The notes: generated by a model not told the origin, from the letters alone. Shown: positions 9,001 to 18,300, counted from the stretch's first letter. The stretch: 64,000 bases of DNA from Candidatus Multivoradales bacterium (GCA_965223155.1 CBDCVR010000013.1:160001-224000), one strand, 5' to 3'. Made by a program: numbers and translations.

Positions 9001-11573
9001 GTACGGGATCGGTGGTTGGGACGGAGGCTGCGGGAGCGGACCTGTGGGTGACGGGAGATGGGCCGTTCCGGACGCGCTGGGTGGGGGCCTGGATGGTACT
9101 GACGGATGCCTCGGGCGATGCGCTTGGCGGGTTCCAGGTGGCCGAAGTGGACGGCTCGGGCCGGGTGTTGCTGGCCGGAGCGGGCGGCGTGGTGGGAGCC
9201 GCGGGCTACCGGGGCGAATACCGGTTCGACGAGATCCGGCAGTTGCGGGGCGGGAGCCTGTCCACGATCGATCCGTTGCTGACGGGCGACGTGGTGATCG
9301 GCGCGGGGAACGCGGTGCTGCCGCGGCGAATCGAGACGCAGAACCTGACGCTCTTGCCGGGAGCGGTGGCGCGTGCGGGCGCGGATGGGATCTTCGAAGG
9401 CGCGGTGTCCGGCATCTTGACGATCGAAGCCGGAGCCTCGCTCGACGTGACGGGTCAGGGGTATTCGGGTGGTGCTTCGGCGGCGGAGCCCGAGGGTGGG
9501 GCTCCGGCCGGGATCGTGGGCTCGACGCCGGACGCTGGCGGCAGCCACGGCGGCTCGGGGAACTTCCGGGCTGGTGGCCCCGCCGGGGAGGTCTACGACT
9601 CGGTGTACGTGCCGCAGCTTGCGGGCGGCGGCGGGGCGCATGACAACGACTCGTGCTGCGCCGGCGGTGCGGGCGGCGGCGTCGTGGAGCTGGTGGCGGG
9701 CGAGCTGGTGCTGGAAGGCTCGATCGTTTCCCAGGGCGAGTTTCCCGGGCACAACACGGGCCGTCCGAGCGGCGCCGGCGGCACGGTGCTGGTGGACGCT
9801 GGGACGGTCCGAGGCTCGGGCACGATCGACGTTTCGGGCGGGGACTCGTCGGACTGCTCGGGCAGCCATACGGTAGGTGGCGGCGGCGGCGGCCGGGTGG
9901 CGCTCTATGTGGACGTCCTGGACGGGTTCGACCCGGCGGCGCAGGTGACGTCGGCGGGCGGTGCGATGACGTACTGCGGCACGACGGTGGCGGGGTACGC
10001 GGCGCCTGGGACGGTGTACGTGTTCGAGACCGGCGATACCTACGGAGATCTCATCGTGGATGGGTTGGACCGAACGGGCAACGTGCCGGTGACCGAGCTT
10101 CCGGCGCTCGGTACGGGTATGGTGGTTGGGACGGAGGTTGCGGGAGCGGACCTTTGGGTGACGGGTGACGGGCCGTTCCGGACGCGTTGGGTGGGGGCCT
10201 GGATGGTGTTGGAGGATGCTTCGGGCGCTGCGCTAGGCGGGTTCCAGGTGGCCGAAGTGGACGGCTCGGGCCGGGTGCTGCTGACCGGAGCGGGCGGCGT
10301 GGTGGGAGCCGCGGGCTACCGGGGCGAGTACCGGTTCGACGAGATTCAGCTTCGCCAAGGCGGCCGTTTGGACACCAGCGATGGCCTGACGGCGGCCAGC
10401 ACCATCATCTTCAGCGGCGAAGCCGGGGTCCCGGCTGTGTTCACGAGCCATGACTTCACGTTGAAATCGGGCGCGACCGCGAGGCTTGCGAATGCTTCGC
10501 ACCTACGGTTGGAAGCCCCGGGTACGGTCACGATCGAAGCCGGGGCGTCGCTCGACGTGACGGGCCAGGGGTACGCGGGCGGTGTCTCGCCGGCGGAGCC
10601 CGAGGGCGGGGCCCCGCCGGGAGTAGTGGGCTCGACGCCGGACGCGGGCGGCAGCCACGGCGGCCCGGGGAACTTCCGGGGCGGTGGTGGACTTGCCGGG
10701 GAGGTCTACGACTCGGTGTACGTGCCGCAGCTTGCGGGCGGCGGCGGGGCGCACGATGACGACTCGTGCTGCGCCGGCGGTGCGGGCGGCGGCGTCGTGG
10801 AGCTGGTAGTCGGCGAGCTGGTGCTGGAAGGCTCGATCGTTTCCCAGGGCGAGTTTCCCGGGCACAACACGAGCCGTCCGAGCGGCGCCGGCGGCACGGT
10901 GCTGGTGGACGCTGGGACGGTCCGGGGCTCGGGCACGATCGACGTGTCGGGCGGGGACTCCTCGGACTGCTCGGGCAGCCATACGGTGGGTGGCGGTGGC
11001 GGCGGCCGGGTGGCGCTCTATGCGGACGTCCTGGATGGCTTCGATCCGGCGGCCCAGGTGATGGCGGCGGGCGGCGAGATGCGCTACTGCGGCACGTCGG
11101 TTGCGGGGTACGCGGCGCCTGGGACCGTGTACGTGCTTGAAGCTGGAGACACCTACGGAGATCTCATCGTCCGGCAGGCATCGACGCCGGCGGTCGCACT
11201 ACCCAACAGCGAGATGACCTCGATCGGCGCCGGCACGATCGGCGCCGTGCTCGCCGATCCGGACGATCCAGCGGCGCTCTGGATCACGGCTCAGGAGGTG
11301 GTCCCCGGCGAGCCGATCCTCTTCGACCTGGGTGTGGCTGGCATGTGGGCGCGGATCGCCGGCATCGACTACCGGGTCCTCGACCAGACTCCGGACCGGC
11401 TGCAACTTCTGCTCGAAGGGGCGGCCGGGGTGGTTGGCACTGGTGACGGCTATCAGGGCGTCTACAAGTTCGACAGGCTGGTGGGCCGGAACGGCGTCAC
11501 GGTCGAGTTCCTGGACACCGCCGAGATCGGCGTTCTGGATCTGGACGGAACGTCGGGGGTGATCCTGCCGTGA
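1..11573 (+). CDS. Giant extracellular/surface protein, 5'-partial: tandem carboxypeptidase-regulatory-like (prealbumin-fold) domains, SbsA/Big_5-like and other Ig-like domains, four Gly-rich repeats
   Basis: The frame of ORF 120..11573 stays open back to base 3 (PDGELGTADDVTFLIAQ...), so the true start lies upstream of the window. Repeated 'GxVxGxV...DG..PV..A.V.L...TD..G.F.F..VP.G' units at ~1720-5200, 'DxxPP.V....P....V.V.F.EPV' Ig units at 5200-7010, Gly-rich repeats at 7221-11170. Confidence 0.85.
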   Translation, partial: PDGELGTADDVTFLIAQASGEAEFLVEGRKEGTHIVEIDMEGTLDGLPGGVRRLSGSTRGAVLVRDPTFGITIAHPDVVRADEEYDLRLTVANTSNAPANLVSIRLPGSKLIGTELVDPSAYQQTIDTLLPGESEVVTFRLRSRLTGRVVSTSARSDQHISPTFDLTVGVGENGIPLSPTTIVLPDETETLPPELLRHSLGMVGLGFSLATASGSVRDPNLPFVTRGTVDERIYYLREAAKHADMGEDLFDALALLSLDWNGARDRDWEWDRLRRTTQRGVNLAAAYGEVFDTEAQAVGVEAMFDRFVETAGFLAPLHFAASAGQGSRVEVVSRATGFGLATGVELEERARDLPFGELYPLAGGELATVTVPEETGHRVVLRSDGTAPADLYVLVPGDPQELRVLRWRNVGLDARGTAAVEISPEDLQPLLSIDLDGDGMEDETRVPEVELLSPRPFQVIAAVQRDDPPSGQVVEVLFTRDVATESLVPRDANRFTIPGKFSNGGVLPTDEDRFGVVAETFAGLRNSRIVEVVFNNGISPLVENYLTVDDVDGVLGDVVTDETVLVDTRVTMPGIQLTGQVFGPDGEPVPFTEVSLFEIDYSHFSEACLQHKTAVVPTDGEGRFRFDYVRLKDRCPSSFVIQGADPSTGLDGSAVGTVRFIDDTQYLDIVLLGRGTVRGQVRFETGEPAPFHRVRALSTVFQEFPSTGTDENGNYELRNLPVGPVSLVTRDADGNIAQATVEIRTAGAVVEKDLVILRRDEPTGEVRGTVYEVDGTTPVARAWLALYVNGATAGVVQSRVDGGFAFPEVPAGPAEIEVFDSRTNRSGGVQFFEVLADRVNEVDIILRNETGSIVGHVYRDTASGLEPAGGLIVAVARQSNHTTTAADGSYRLDDVLVGDLTITAYDFAANTKASRNLTLQVDEEATGFDLVFSVPGTGSISGIVLGTDGLPVPSAPVRRAIGTTYDLETFTALDGTFQLEGVGVGTVSELHSFQGTSGGIATARVRFEGDNPFVEIRYKSGTLRGQVSARNESGELLGVRSLVSYHTVVPVRGLLRTNPLPVEIETDDSGFFEISNVIAGRYSIVVSNAFHGEKTVSGDLLQNGEVIDHEFIFERNGRITGTVFDIDGVTPVLGVEVELGHPNFSQFTAFTDENGRFLFDLVPPVGHPFPIVATLDGAIYRVAQVYVCFTEFGQELDVEIVLQEQGEIAGWVEDANGVRVADANVTLQETVFPRRRLTQTTDADGRWSFANVFVGTVSLGAVSNQLGGLGGKTAVALNEEGDSLQDIVIRLEPTGEIHGRLLSPVDGSPVPSGQVTLFRSGVGLFDSATTDAEGGFVFELLPLGGYWIRAFDPSTGRFGSSEYLEVAANGEILEIDLTLGGRGTVDGHLTEPGSGLVVPGASIKLVAQGGVPLVAYASTSAAGRFEFLGIPEGDFTLTARLVDDLRQAFGTGEILGEGDLATVDLVLDELLTVVGTAFNPAGLSVGPFAPVTVQLTQFRGTATQVIGASEVNPYRFDGAIAGLTYRLEAQEIGGLHRALRSGRLPDAIPGAEVEIDLDIVPLGSVHVTVVDSVGLPVTDAEVRVTSNGLYRTNQVRFTGAGNTAEFLDVGGGVITVYAESDALQLGGVESASLDSEGQALQLTVTLEAAGALSGDVVLADGLTPAAGAIVVVAASGRTFTAFAGADGSFEMPSVPAGTFRADFQEADGPGRRTVFGSIAGPGDQIDLGSVVLDDEDPLVVSIEPAAGSINVPAEAAVVVRFNEPVQQTAQNRNRVMVREVDSGSGISSTAVWGDGGQTLTLTPTAALGSFEAYRVTVSTGIVDPAYRASTVAAAATFTTLDYLPPEVVAIDPAQDALQVPVDAQIVVTFSEPVVLESLSGPAIQLTDVTTGSGVSTTFILLPAERDVVITPVGGLEPERRYSLTLQGVKDAAGNSSGLFVSTFETIDETAPEISLTVPPGPFSPGVGYSVSAVGVASPDLASVSFFKNDELVTSDSEAPFGATIVPTAADGAAGSLDVVAAGIDRAGNVGPEVRVTRVVAEDLPPSASFTLDPSTEILPNAVFEVHAEAQDDVGVEKMEILVTGGLADQYVVFPSGDPASATAVRVFQVPVTPVESEVRVVVRATDTLGQVIETAPQALAIRADVDPPAITVSEPQAGAAITSGETLAVDATVTDNVTVDRVTFRFAGTEVVDTAAPYTASFVAPEVTVDTALDVEVEAVDPAGNAATEVVAITIEPQINPDVPTAVITCPADGDPFLPAIDLPIAFSIADDQLIQNYRILVDGLLLEEHLAVDQLEVIGSVLWSPPAGVAPGTTALVRVEAEDYAGNLGFVEITLTVPVGTVLGDGSVLDSSYDGQSVVLGSGSFTVAEPVALTDLTLIHGASLTASVPVEIATTGSTRLACGSVLDVTGQGYAGGASPAEPEGGAPAGITGSTPDAGGSHGGSGNFRAGGPAGEVYDSVYVPQLAGGGGAHDNDSCCAGGAGGGVVELVVGELVLEGSIVSQGEFPGHNTSRPSGAGGTVLVEAGTVRGSGTIDVSGGDSSDCSGSHTVGGGGGGRVALYVDVLDGFDPAAQVTSAGGAMTYCGTTMAGYAAPGTVYVFETGDTYGDLIVDGLDRTGNVPVTELPALGTGMVVGTEVAGADLWVTGDGLFRTRWVGAWMVLEDASGAALGGFQVAEVDGSGRVLLAGAGGVVGATGYRGEYRFDEIRQLRGGSLSTIDPLLTGDVVIGAGNAVLPRRIETQNLTLLPGAVARAGADGVFEGAVSGILTIEAGASLDVTGQGYAGGASAAEPEGGAPAGIVGSTPDAGGSHGGSGNFRAGGPAGEVYDSVYVPQLAGGGGAHDNDTCCAGGAGGGVVELVVGELVLEGSIVSQGEFPGHNTSRPSGAGGTVLVEAGTVRGSGTIDVSGGDSSDCSGSHTVGGGGGGRVALYVDVLDGFDPAAQVTSAGGAMTYCGTTVAGYAAPGTVYVFETGDTYGDLIVDGLDRTGNVPVTELPALGTGSVVGTEAAGADLWVTGDGPFRTRWVGAWMVLTDASGDALGGFQVAEVDGSGRVLLAGAGGVVGAAGYRGEYRFDEIRQLRGGSLSTIDPLLTGDVVIGAGNAVLPRRIETQNLTLLPGAVARAGADGIFEGAVSGILTIEAGASLDVTGQGYSGGASAAEPEGGAPAGIVGSTPDAGGSHGGSGNFRAGGPAGEVYDSVYVPQLAGGGGAHDNDSCCAGGAGGGVVELVAGELVLEGSIVSQGEFPGHNTGRPSGAGGTVLVDAGTVRGSGTIDVSGGDSSDCSGSHTVGGGGGGRVALYVDVLDGFDPAAQVTSAGGAMTYCGTTVAGYAAPGTVYVFETGDTYGDLIVDGLDRTGNVPVTELPALGTGMVVGTEVAGADLWVTGDGPFRTRWVGAWMVLEDASGAALGGFQVAEVDGSGRVLLTGAGGVVGAAGYRGEYRFDEIQLRQGGRLDTSDGLTAASTIIFSGEAGVPAVFTSHDFTLKSGATARLANASHLRLEAPGTVTIEAGASLDVTGQGYAGGVSPAEPEGGAPPGVVGSTPDAGGSHGGPGNFRGGGGLAGEVYDSVYVPQLAGGGGAHDDDSCCAGGAGGGVVELVVGELVLEGSIVSQGEFPGHNTSRPSGAGGTVLVDAGTVRGSGTIDVSGGDSSDCSGSHTVGGGGGGRVALYADVLDGFDPAAQVMAAGGEMRYCGTSVAGYAAPGTVYVLEAGDTYGDLIVRQASTPAVALPNSEMTSIGAGTIGAVLADPDDPAALWITAQEVVPGEPILFDLGVAGMWARIAGIDYRVLDQTPDRLQLLLEGAAGVVGTGDGYQGVYKFDRLVGRNGVTVEFLDTAEIGVLDLDGTSGVILP
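7221..11170 (+). repeat. Intragenic tandem repeat, 1110-bp (370-aa) period, ~3.6 copies
   Basis: Units start at 7221, 8331, 9441 and 10551 (ct[g/c]gacgtgacggg[c/t]caggggta; LDVTGQGY). They are near-identical at the nucleotide level; the third diverges after ~10340 and the fourth is partial. Confidence 0.95.
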
Positions 11574-12325
11574 GGGGGTGGCAAGCGAGAGTGCGTGTCC
11601 GGAAGGGCCGGCCGGCGCGGGAGAGCCTCTTGGCCCGGTACGGCCGGATTGCCGTGCTGCTGGGGACGCTACTGACTCCCGCCGCCTGGGGACAGAGCTT
11701 TCTGCCGCCGGAGCCCGGCTCGAGCGTCTACCGGGATCTCACACTGGCCGCCGAGATCAGCGTGGACCTCTTCGAGGGACTGACGATGACGGGCAGCGCC
11801 CACTCCAACGGGAACCTGGAGTTGGCTCCGGGTGGTCTCGTGGACGGCACGGTCGAAGCCCATAGCTTTCTCGCCATCGAGGGCTCGGTGACTGGAGCCG
11901 CGACCGAAGGCGCCGCGCTCAGGGCGCTGCCGGTCCCCTATGACGCGGTCGCCGGTCGAGCTCTGGCGACGCGGGTGTTCGAAGAGTCGAGACGATTCGG
12001 CGGTGATGAGACCGTTGACGACGTTGTCTTCGTCGCCGGAGACGTTCGGTTCGAAGCGGGCCTTAGCGGGCAGGGAACCGTGATTGCCACTGGCGACATT
12101 GTGCTGGAGCGATGGAGCGGCGGCTCGACGGCGGCCGGCTCGCGCTTGGTGCTCGTTGCGCTCGGGCGCGTCGTTGTCGAGAAGGGACGCAGCTTCCGCG
12201 GCATCCTCGTTGCCGGCGGGGACGTGGAGCTTGAAGAGGACGTGGTCTTCCAGGGCACGGCCGTTGCGCACGGACGCCTCACCGTGGACGAAACGGTGAC
12301 GGTCACCTATGAGGACTTCCAGTAG
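11570..12325 (+). CDS. Putative secreted beta-solenoid-like protein, paralogous to the N-terminal domain of the downstream RHS protein
   Basis: GTG start overlaps the upstream TGA (GTGA). Hydrophobic segment followed by AWG-Q signal-like cleavage. Motif DDVVFVAGDVRF..GLSGQGTVIATGDI matches DDVLFVDGDVRF..GLNGRGTVIATGEI in the next gene. Confidence 0.75.
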   Translation: MRGWQARVRVRKGRPARESLLARYGRIAVLLGTLLTPAAWGQSFLPPEPGSSVYRDLTLAAEISVDLFEGLTMTGSAHSNGNLELAPGGLVDGTVEAHSFLAIEGSVTGAATEGAALRALPVPYDAVAGRALATRVFEESRRFGGDETVDDVVFVAGDVRFEAGLSGQGTVIATGDIVLERWSGGSTAAGSRLVLVALGRVVVEKGRSFRGILVAGGDVELEEDVVFQGTAVAHGRLTVDETVTVTYEDFQ

Positions 12326-12337
12326 GAATCGCCAGGC

Positions 12338-15300
12338 ATGATCTCTTTCCCGTACCGCCGTCTCGGACCAGCCAGCGCCACTCAGACTTGGGCCGGGTGG
12401 ACCTTGCGGCCCCTAGTGGTGCTCGCCGCAGTCGGCGCCTGGCTGGGCTTGTGTGCCGGCGGCGCGAGCGCCGAGTTCGTCCTGTCGGAGCCGGCCTCGA
12501 CCGTGTACGACGAATGGGTTGCTCTGGCAGGCGATGACGTGCGCATTCACCAGCCCGCACTGGTCATCGGTGACACTCATGCCAACGATGAGATCCACGT
12601 GCTGCTCGAGGCGACGGTGGACGGCAACGCGTCCGCGGTGGACGGAATCAACAACGACGGCACCATTACCGGAAGCGTGGATCCGGCGGCCGGCCTGGTG
12701 AGCCTGCCTGCGTTGACGCTGGACGAAGCTGCCGCGAGGGCTCTGGCCGACCGAATCGTCGAGGGATCGGTCACTTACGGGGACGATCAGGTGGTGGACG
12801 ACGTCCTGTTCGTGGACGGAGACGTTCGGTTCCGCCAAGGGTTGAACGGCCGCGGCACCGTGATCGCCACCGGCGAGATTCGGGTCGACCAGGCCGGCCA
12901 GGGCGAGGCACCGCTCGAGGCGTCGACGGCGCTTTCGCTGGTCGCGTATCAGGACATTCGAATCGACAAGGAACGGGCGCTGCGGGGCGTCCTCTATTCC
13001 CTCGAAGACATCGAGATCGAACAGGCGGTGGACTTCGAGGGCGTCCTGGTGGCCAGCGGCCGCATCACGATCAAGAAGGACGCCCGGGTCACCTTCCTCA
13101 CTCGCGGTGGCAGCGACACCGATCCTCCGGTCATTTCCATTCTGGAAAGCGGAGCACCGCTGCTGGATGGCGCCCTCTACAACCGGGCCGTCGTCCCGGT
13201 CATCCAGATCGACGACGAGTCGTCGTTCGAAGCGACGATCCTCTTGGACGGCCAACCGTTCGTCTCCGGAACCAGTGTCGAGACCGAGGGAGTCCACATC
13301 CTGTCGGTAACCGCCACCGACGTCGCCGGCAACAGCGCGGCCGCGACGGTGAGCTTCGAGATCGACTTGACCCCGCCCGTCTTTGTTTCGGTGACCCCCG
13401 CGGACGGCACGATCACGAATCAGGCGTCCGTCTCGCTGACCGGTGTCGTCGAAGGCGCCGACAGCCTGGCGATCGACGGTGTTGCGGTAGCCCTGGCCGG
13501 CGAGGCCTTCACGGCCGGACCGTACTCGCTCGCGGAGGGCGACAACGTCTTCGCCCTCGTGGCGGCCGACGCCGCCGGCAACGAGACCGAGCTGACTCTG
13601 ACCTTGATTCTGGATACGACGCCGCCGGCCGTGACCATTGCCTCTCCGGCGGACGGGGCACTGCTCGGCTCCAGCCCTGTGACGGTCAACGGAACCGCGG
13701 CCGATCCCCATCTGGACGAAGTGCGGGTCAACGGCATCCTGTCCGTCCTGGCCGGGACCGGCTATTCGGCGGACGGTGTCGCGCTGGCCGAGGGCTCGAA
13801 CACGCTGAGCGCGACGGCCACCGACCTCGCCGGCAACAGCGGCCAGGCGCAAGTTACGGTGACTTTGGATACCAGCGCTCCCGTCCTGACCATCACCAAT
13901 GGCGGCGCACCGCTGGCGGACGGCTATCTGACCGCTTCGACCGTCGTTCCCGTGATCGAGGCTACCGATGCCACGGCGGTCACGATCTCCGCAACCCTCA
14001 ACGGCGCCGGCTTCGCCTCGGGCACTCCGATTAGCGCGAGCGGCGTCTACCTCCTGGCCGCGACCGCGACCGATGCCGTGGGCAACACCAGCTCGGCAAG
14101 CGTGACCTTCGAGATCGACGGCGAGCCCCCGGCCGTGACGATCGACACACCGACGGCCTCGGTCGTGGCTTCAAGCCCGGTCACCGTGAGCGGCACGGCG
14201 GTCGATTCGAACCTGGCAACCGTCGAGGTCAACGGCGTCGGGGCCTCCGTATCGGGGAGCAGCTACTCCGCGGCAGACGTTTCTCTGGTCGAGGGAAGCA
14301 ACGTCGTGACGGCGACCGCGACCGACCTGGTCGGCAACGTCGGCCAGGCCACGCGGACCATCGTCCTGGATTCTCAGGCGCCGCTCATTTCGATCCTGCA
14401 TGCGGGCCTTCCTTTGGCCGATGGCCTGCTCACCAACCAGCCGGTGACTCCCGAGGTCGCCGTTGACGACGCCACCGCCGTCGACGTGTCGTCGACACTG
14501 AACGGCTCGAGCTTCGTTTCCGGGACCACGGTCACCGCCGAGGGCGCCTACACGCTGCTGGTGACTGCCACCGACGAGGCCGGCAACACCGCCTCGGCGA
14601 GCGTGACCTTTACCCTCGACTTGACGCCGCCGGTGTTCCTGTCGGTTCTCCCGGCCAATGGGACGGTGACGGGCTCGGCGGGCGTGGCGATTACCGGGGA
14701 AGTGGAAGGCGCCGACTTGGTCGCCATCGACGGCGTTGCGGCCTCTCTTTCCGGCCAGGCCTTCTCCGGAGCGCCGCTGACCCTGGCCGAGGGCTCCAAC
14801 ACCTTTCTGCTCCGGGCCGAAGACACAGCCGGCAACGTCACCGAGGTGGTTCATGCGATCGAGCTCGACTCGACGCCGCCGGCGGTCACGATCGACGCGC
14901 CCAGCGCGCTGGTGGTCGGAACGTCGCCGGTGGTGGTAAGCGGCACGGCGGTGGATGTCCATCTAGCGGGGGTCAGCGTCAACGGAGTCGCGGCCGCGGT
15001 CGGCGGCGCCGGCTATAGCTTGGCCGGCGTGGCGCTCGACGAGGGCGCCAACACCCTGGTCGTGGTCGCCACCGACACCGTTGGCAACGCCGGACAGGCG
15101 GAGAAGATCGTCACGCTCGATTCGATTCCTCCCGAGATCCGTATCACCGACGGCGGCGCGCCGCTTAGCGATGGCCTCCTGACCAACCAGACGGTTACCC
15201 CGGTGATCGTCGTCACCGACGCCACGGCGACGACTACGACCGCGACGCTCAACGGCACGTCGTTCGCTTCGGGCAGTCCGGTCCTTGCCGAAGGCGGCTA

Positions 15301-18300
15301 TGTCCTCTCGGTCACCGCCACGGACGAGGCCGGCAACACATCCAGTGTGACGCTTGCTTTCGAGATCGATCTGACGCCGCCGGCGTTTCTTGCCATTCAG
15401 CCATCGGACGGCTCGTTGCTGGGAACCTCCGAGGTCACCCTGACCGGCGAGGTGGAGGGAGCCGAGACGGTAACCGTGGACGGCGCCGCCGCGAGCCTGA
15501 CCGGGACCAGCTTCTCGGCGGGCCCGCTGGCGCTGATCGAGGGCGACAACGTCTTGACTCTGGCCGCCGAAGACGCGGCCGGGAACCGCACCGAGCAGCC
15601 GCATCATCTGGAGAGCGATACGACGCCTCCGACCCTGACCATTGCCACTCCCGGCGATGGCGACGTGGTGGCGGCGACTCCGGTCCCGGTTACCGGCAAT
15701 GCGGAGGACGCCAACCTGACCTCGGTCACCGTCAACGGGCTGGCGGCGACGCTCGGTGCCGGCACCTTCTCGAGATCCGGAGTGCCGCTGACGGAGGGCG
15801 CCAACACCCTCGAGGCCGAGGCCATCGATGCGGCCGGCAACACGACCAGTATCTCGATCGGAGTAACCCTGGATACCGTGCCGCCGGAGATCGTGATTCT
15901 CGAGAGCGGAACGGTGCTAGCCGACGGCTCGCTCTTCCGCAGGACGGTGACTCCGGATGTCGAGGTCACCGACGCCACGGCGACAACCGTCGAAGCGACC
16001 TTGAACGGCCAGCCGTTCGGTGCGGGAGACGAGGTGGCGCGAGAGGGGGTCTTCCAACTCGACGTCACCGCGATCGACGCCGCGGGCAACACTTCGACCG
16101 TGGCTGTTGGCTTCGAGATCGACCTGACTCCGCCGCGCTTTCTGTCCTTCGACCCGCCGGCCGGGTCGGTCGTGGGAGCGAGTCCGGTTGCGATTCAAGG
16201 CGTCGTCGAGGGGGCGACAAGTCTGGTCCTGGATGGAGCCGCCGTGCCGCTTTCCGGCGAGAGCTTCACAACCGCGGCACTGGACCTGGTGGAAGGAAGC
16301 AATACGTTCGCCTTTGTCGCGGCGGACTACGCGGGCAATACCGCAGAAGAGACTCTGACCCTGATCCTGGACACGACCCCGCCGGTGGTTTCGATCGAGG
16401 CGCCGGATGCTGGCGCGCTCCTCGGCTCGAGCGCAGTCGATGTCTCGGGCACGGTGCAGGAGGAGCGCCTGGCGGCGGTGACCGTCAACGGCATCGGGAC
16501 TGCGCTCGCCGGCGATGCGTTTACAGCACTTCAGGTGCCGCTCGCCGAGGGCCAGAACACCCTCACCGCGGTCGGGACCGATGCGGCCGGCAACACCGGC
16601 AGCGCGGCGATCGTGGTCACGGTTGACACCCAGCCGCCGGTGATCCAGATCACCGATCCGGCCGCCGGCACGGTGACCGCGGCGGACCTCGTCCTCGTCT
16701 CCGGTACCGCGGCCGATCCGCATCTCGACCGGGTCGAGATCAACGGCGTGCCCGCACTTCTCACCGGGACGGACTGGACGCTCGAGGTCGCGATCGTCGA
16801 AGGCGCCAACGAGCTGGTAGCGCGAGCTTTCGACGCCCTGGGCCACAGCGCGCAGGACTCGCTGATCGTGACCCGAGACTCGACCGCGCCGGCGGTCGAG
16901 ATCGAATTCCCCGAAGAAGGAGCGCTCTTCCGAGAGTCGCCGCAGCCGGTCTCCGGGTCGGTCGATGATGAGCCCGGGCTGACCCTGACGATCAACGGCC
17001 TCGCGGTCGAGCCGGTTGGCGGAGCCTTTGCGGCGCCGGAGGTGCCTCTGATCGAAGGGGAGAACCGGTTGATCGCCCGTGCCACCGATGCCGCCGGCAA
17101 CGAGGGCGTGCACGCGCGCGTCGTGTACCTGGACACCGTGCCGCCGGAGCTCGAGAGCTCGGATCCGGCCTCAGGCGCTCTGGCGATCGCTCCCGAGACG
17201 CCCTTCCGGCTCGACTTCACCGAAGAGCTGGCCCCGCTGGCTTCGGTACCGGCGGGCGAGCTGCTGCTCCGCTCGGAGGGGGCGGCGCTGGCCTTCTCGA
17301 TCGATGAGCTGGGCGGCCGCCTCGTGGTACGCCCGGACCTCCCGCTGGCGTCGGGCTCGACGGTTGAGCTCGAGGTGACGTCGGCCCTGACCGACCTCGC
17401 GGGCAACCCCTTGGCGAATCCACAGACGCTGACCTTCACGGTGGCGGACGTCGCCGCGCCACCGGCGCCGGTGGTGGATCCGCTGCCGCTGGTCGTCTGC
17501 TCCTCGAGCGCGACCCTCACCGGTGTGTCCGAGGCCGGAATCCGGATCCTGGCCGAAACGGCGGCCGAGACCCGGGAAACCGTGGCCGACGAGACGGGAC
17601 TCTTCTCGCTGACGATCACGCTCGTTCCCGATGCCGGCAACCTGATCACGGTGAGCGCACGAGACGCCGCCGGCAATCGCTCGGGCAGCGTCCAGGTGTC
17701 GGTCCGCCAGGATTGCCGGGCTCCGGTCGTCGTGGCCGCGAGGCGCCTGGCCGACGAGTTCCACGCCGACCTGAGCGAGCCGATCGATCCGGCGACCGCC
17801 GAGGGCGCCGTGACTTTGACCGCCGGATCGGGTGCTCTCGCCGGCACGACCGCCACGAGCGGCGACGGCCTGACCCTGACATTCACGCCGGCCGCGGCCG
17901 TTCCGGCCGAACCGGTGCGGCTGGAGGTATCCCAAGCGGTACAAGACCTGGCGGGCAATCCGCTCGCCTATCCCTTCTCGAAGCTCTTTGGCGGCAGTGA
18001 AGAGCCGACGTTCGTGACCGGAACCGTGATCGACGACGCCACCGGCAGGCCGCTCGAGGGCGCGCAGGTAACGATCGTGGCGACGGATGGCGTGGCCGGC
18101 GCCGACCCGCTGCCTCAACAAACCACCTCTCCGGACGGCCGGTTCTCGATTCCCCTGCCGGTCGGAACCCATACCGTCCTGACGGCTCGAGCGGGCTACA
18201 CGCCGGTCTTCCGGGCCGCGACCACGGTCTCGGGCCTGGGCCACGATCTCTTCGATCCACGGCCCACGCCGGCTGCCGCCCCTCAAGTGCTGGGCGCCGG

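Noticed and set aside
5952-9869. Long minus-strand ORFs (1305 aa here; also 2637..4166, 18968..21067, 21782..24658, 25328..27577)
   Set aside because: Antisense shadows of high-GC coding genes. They are Arg/Ala/His-rich with no recognisable motifs and mirror the sense-strand repeats.
7221-11170. Repeats considered as a CRISPR array or non-coding repeat
   Set aside because: Units are 1110 bp, in frame and protein-coding, with no short repeat-spacer structure and no cas genes.
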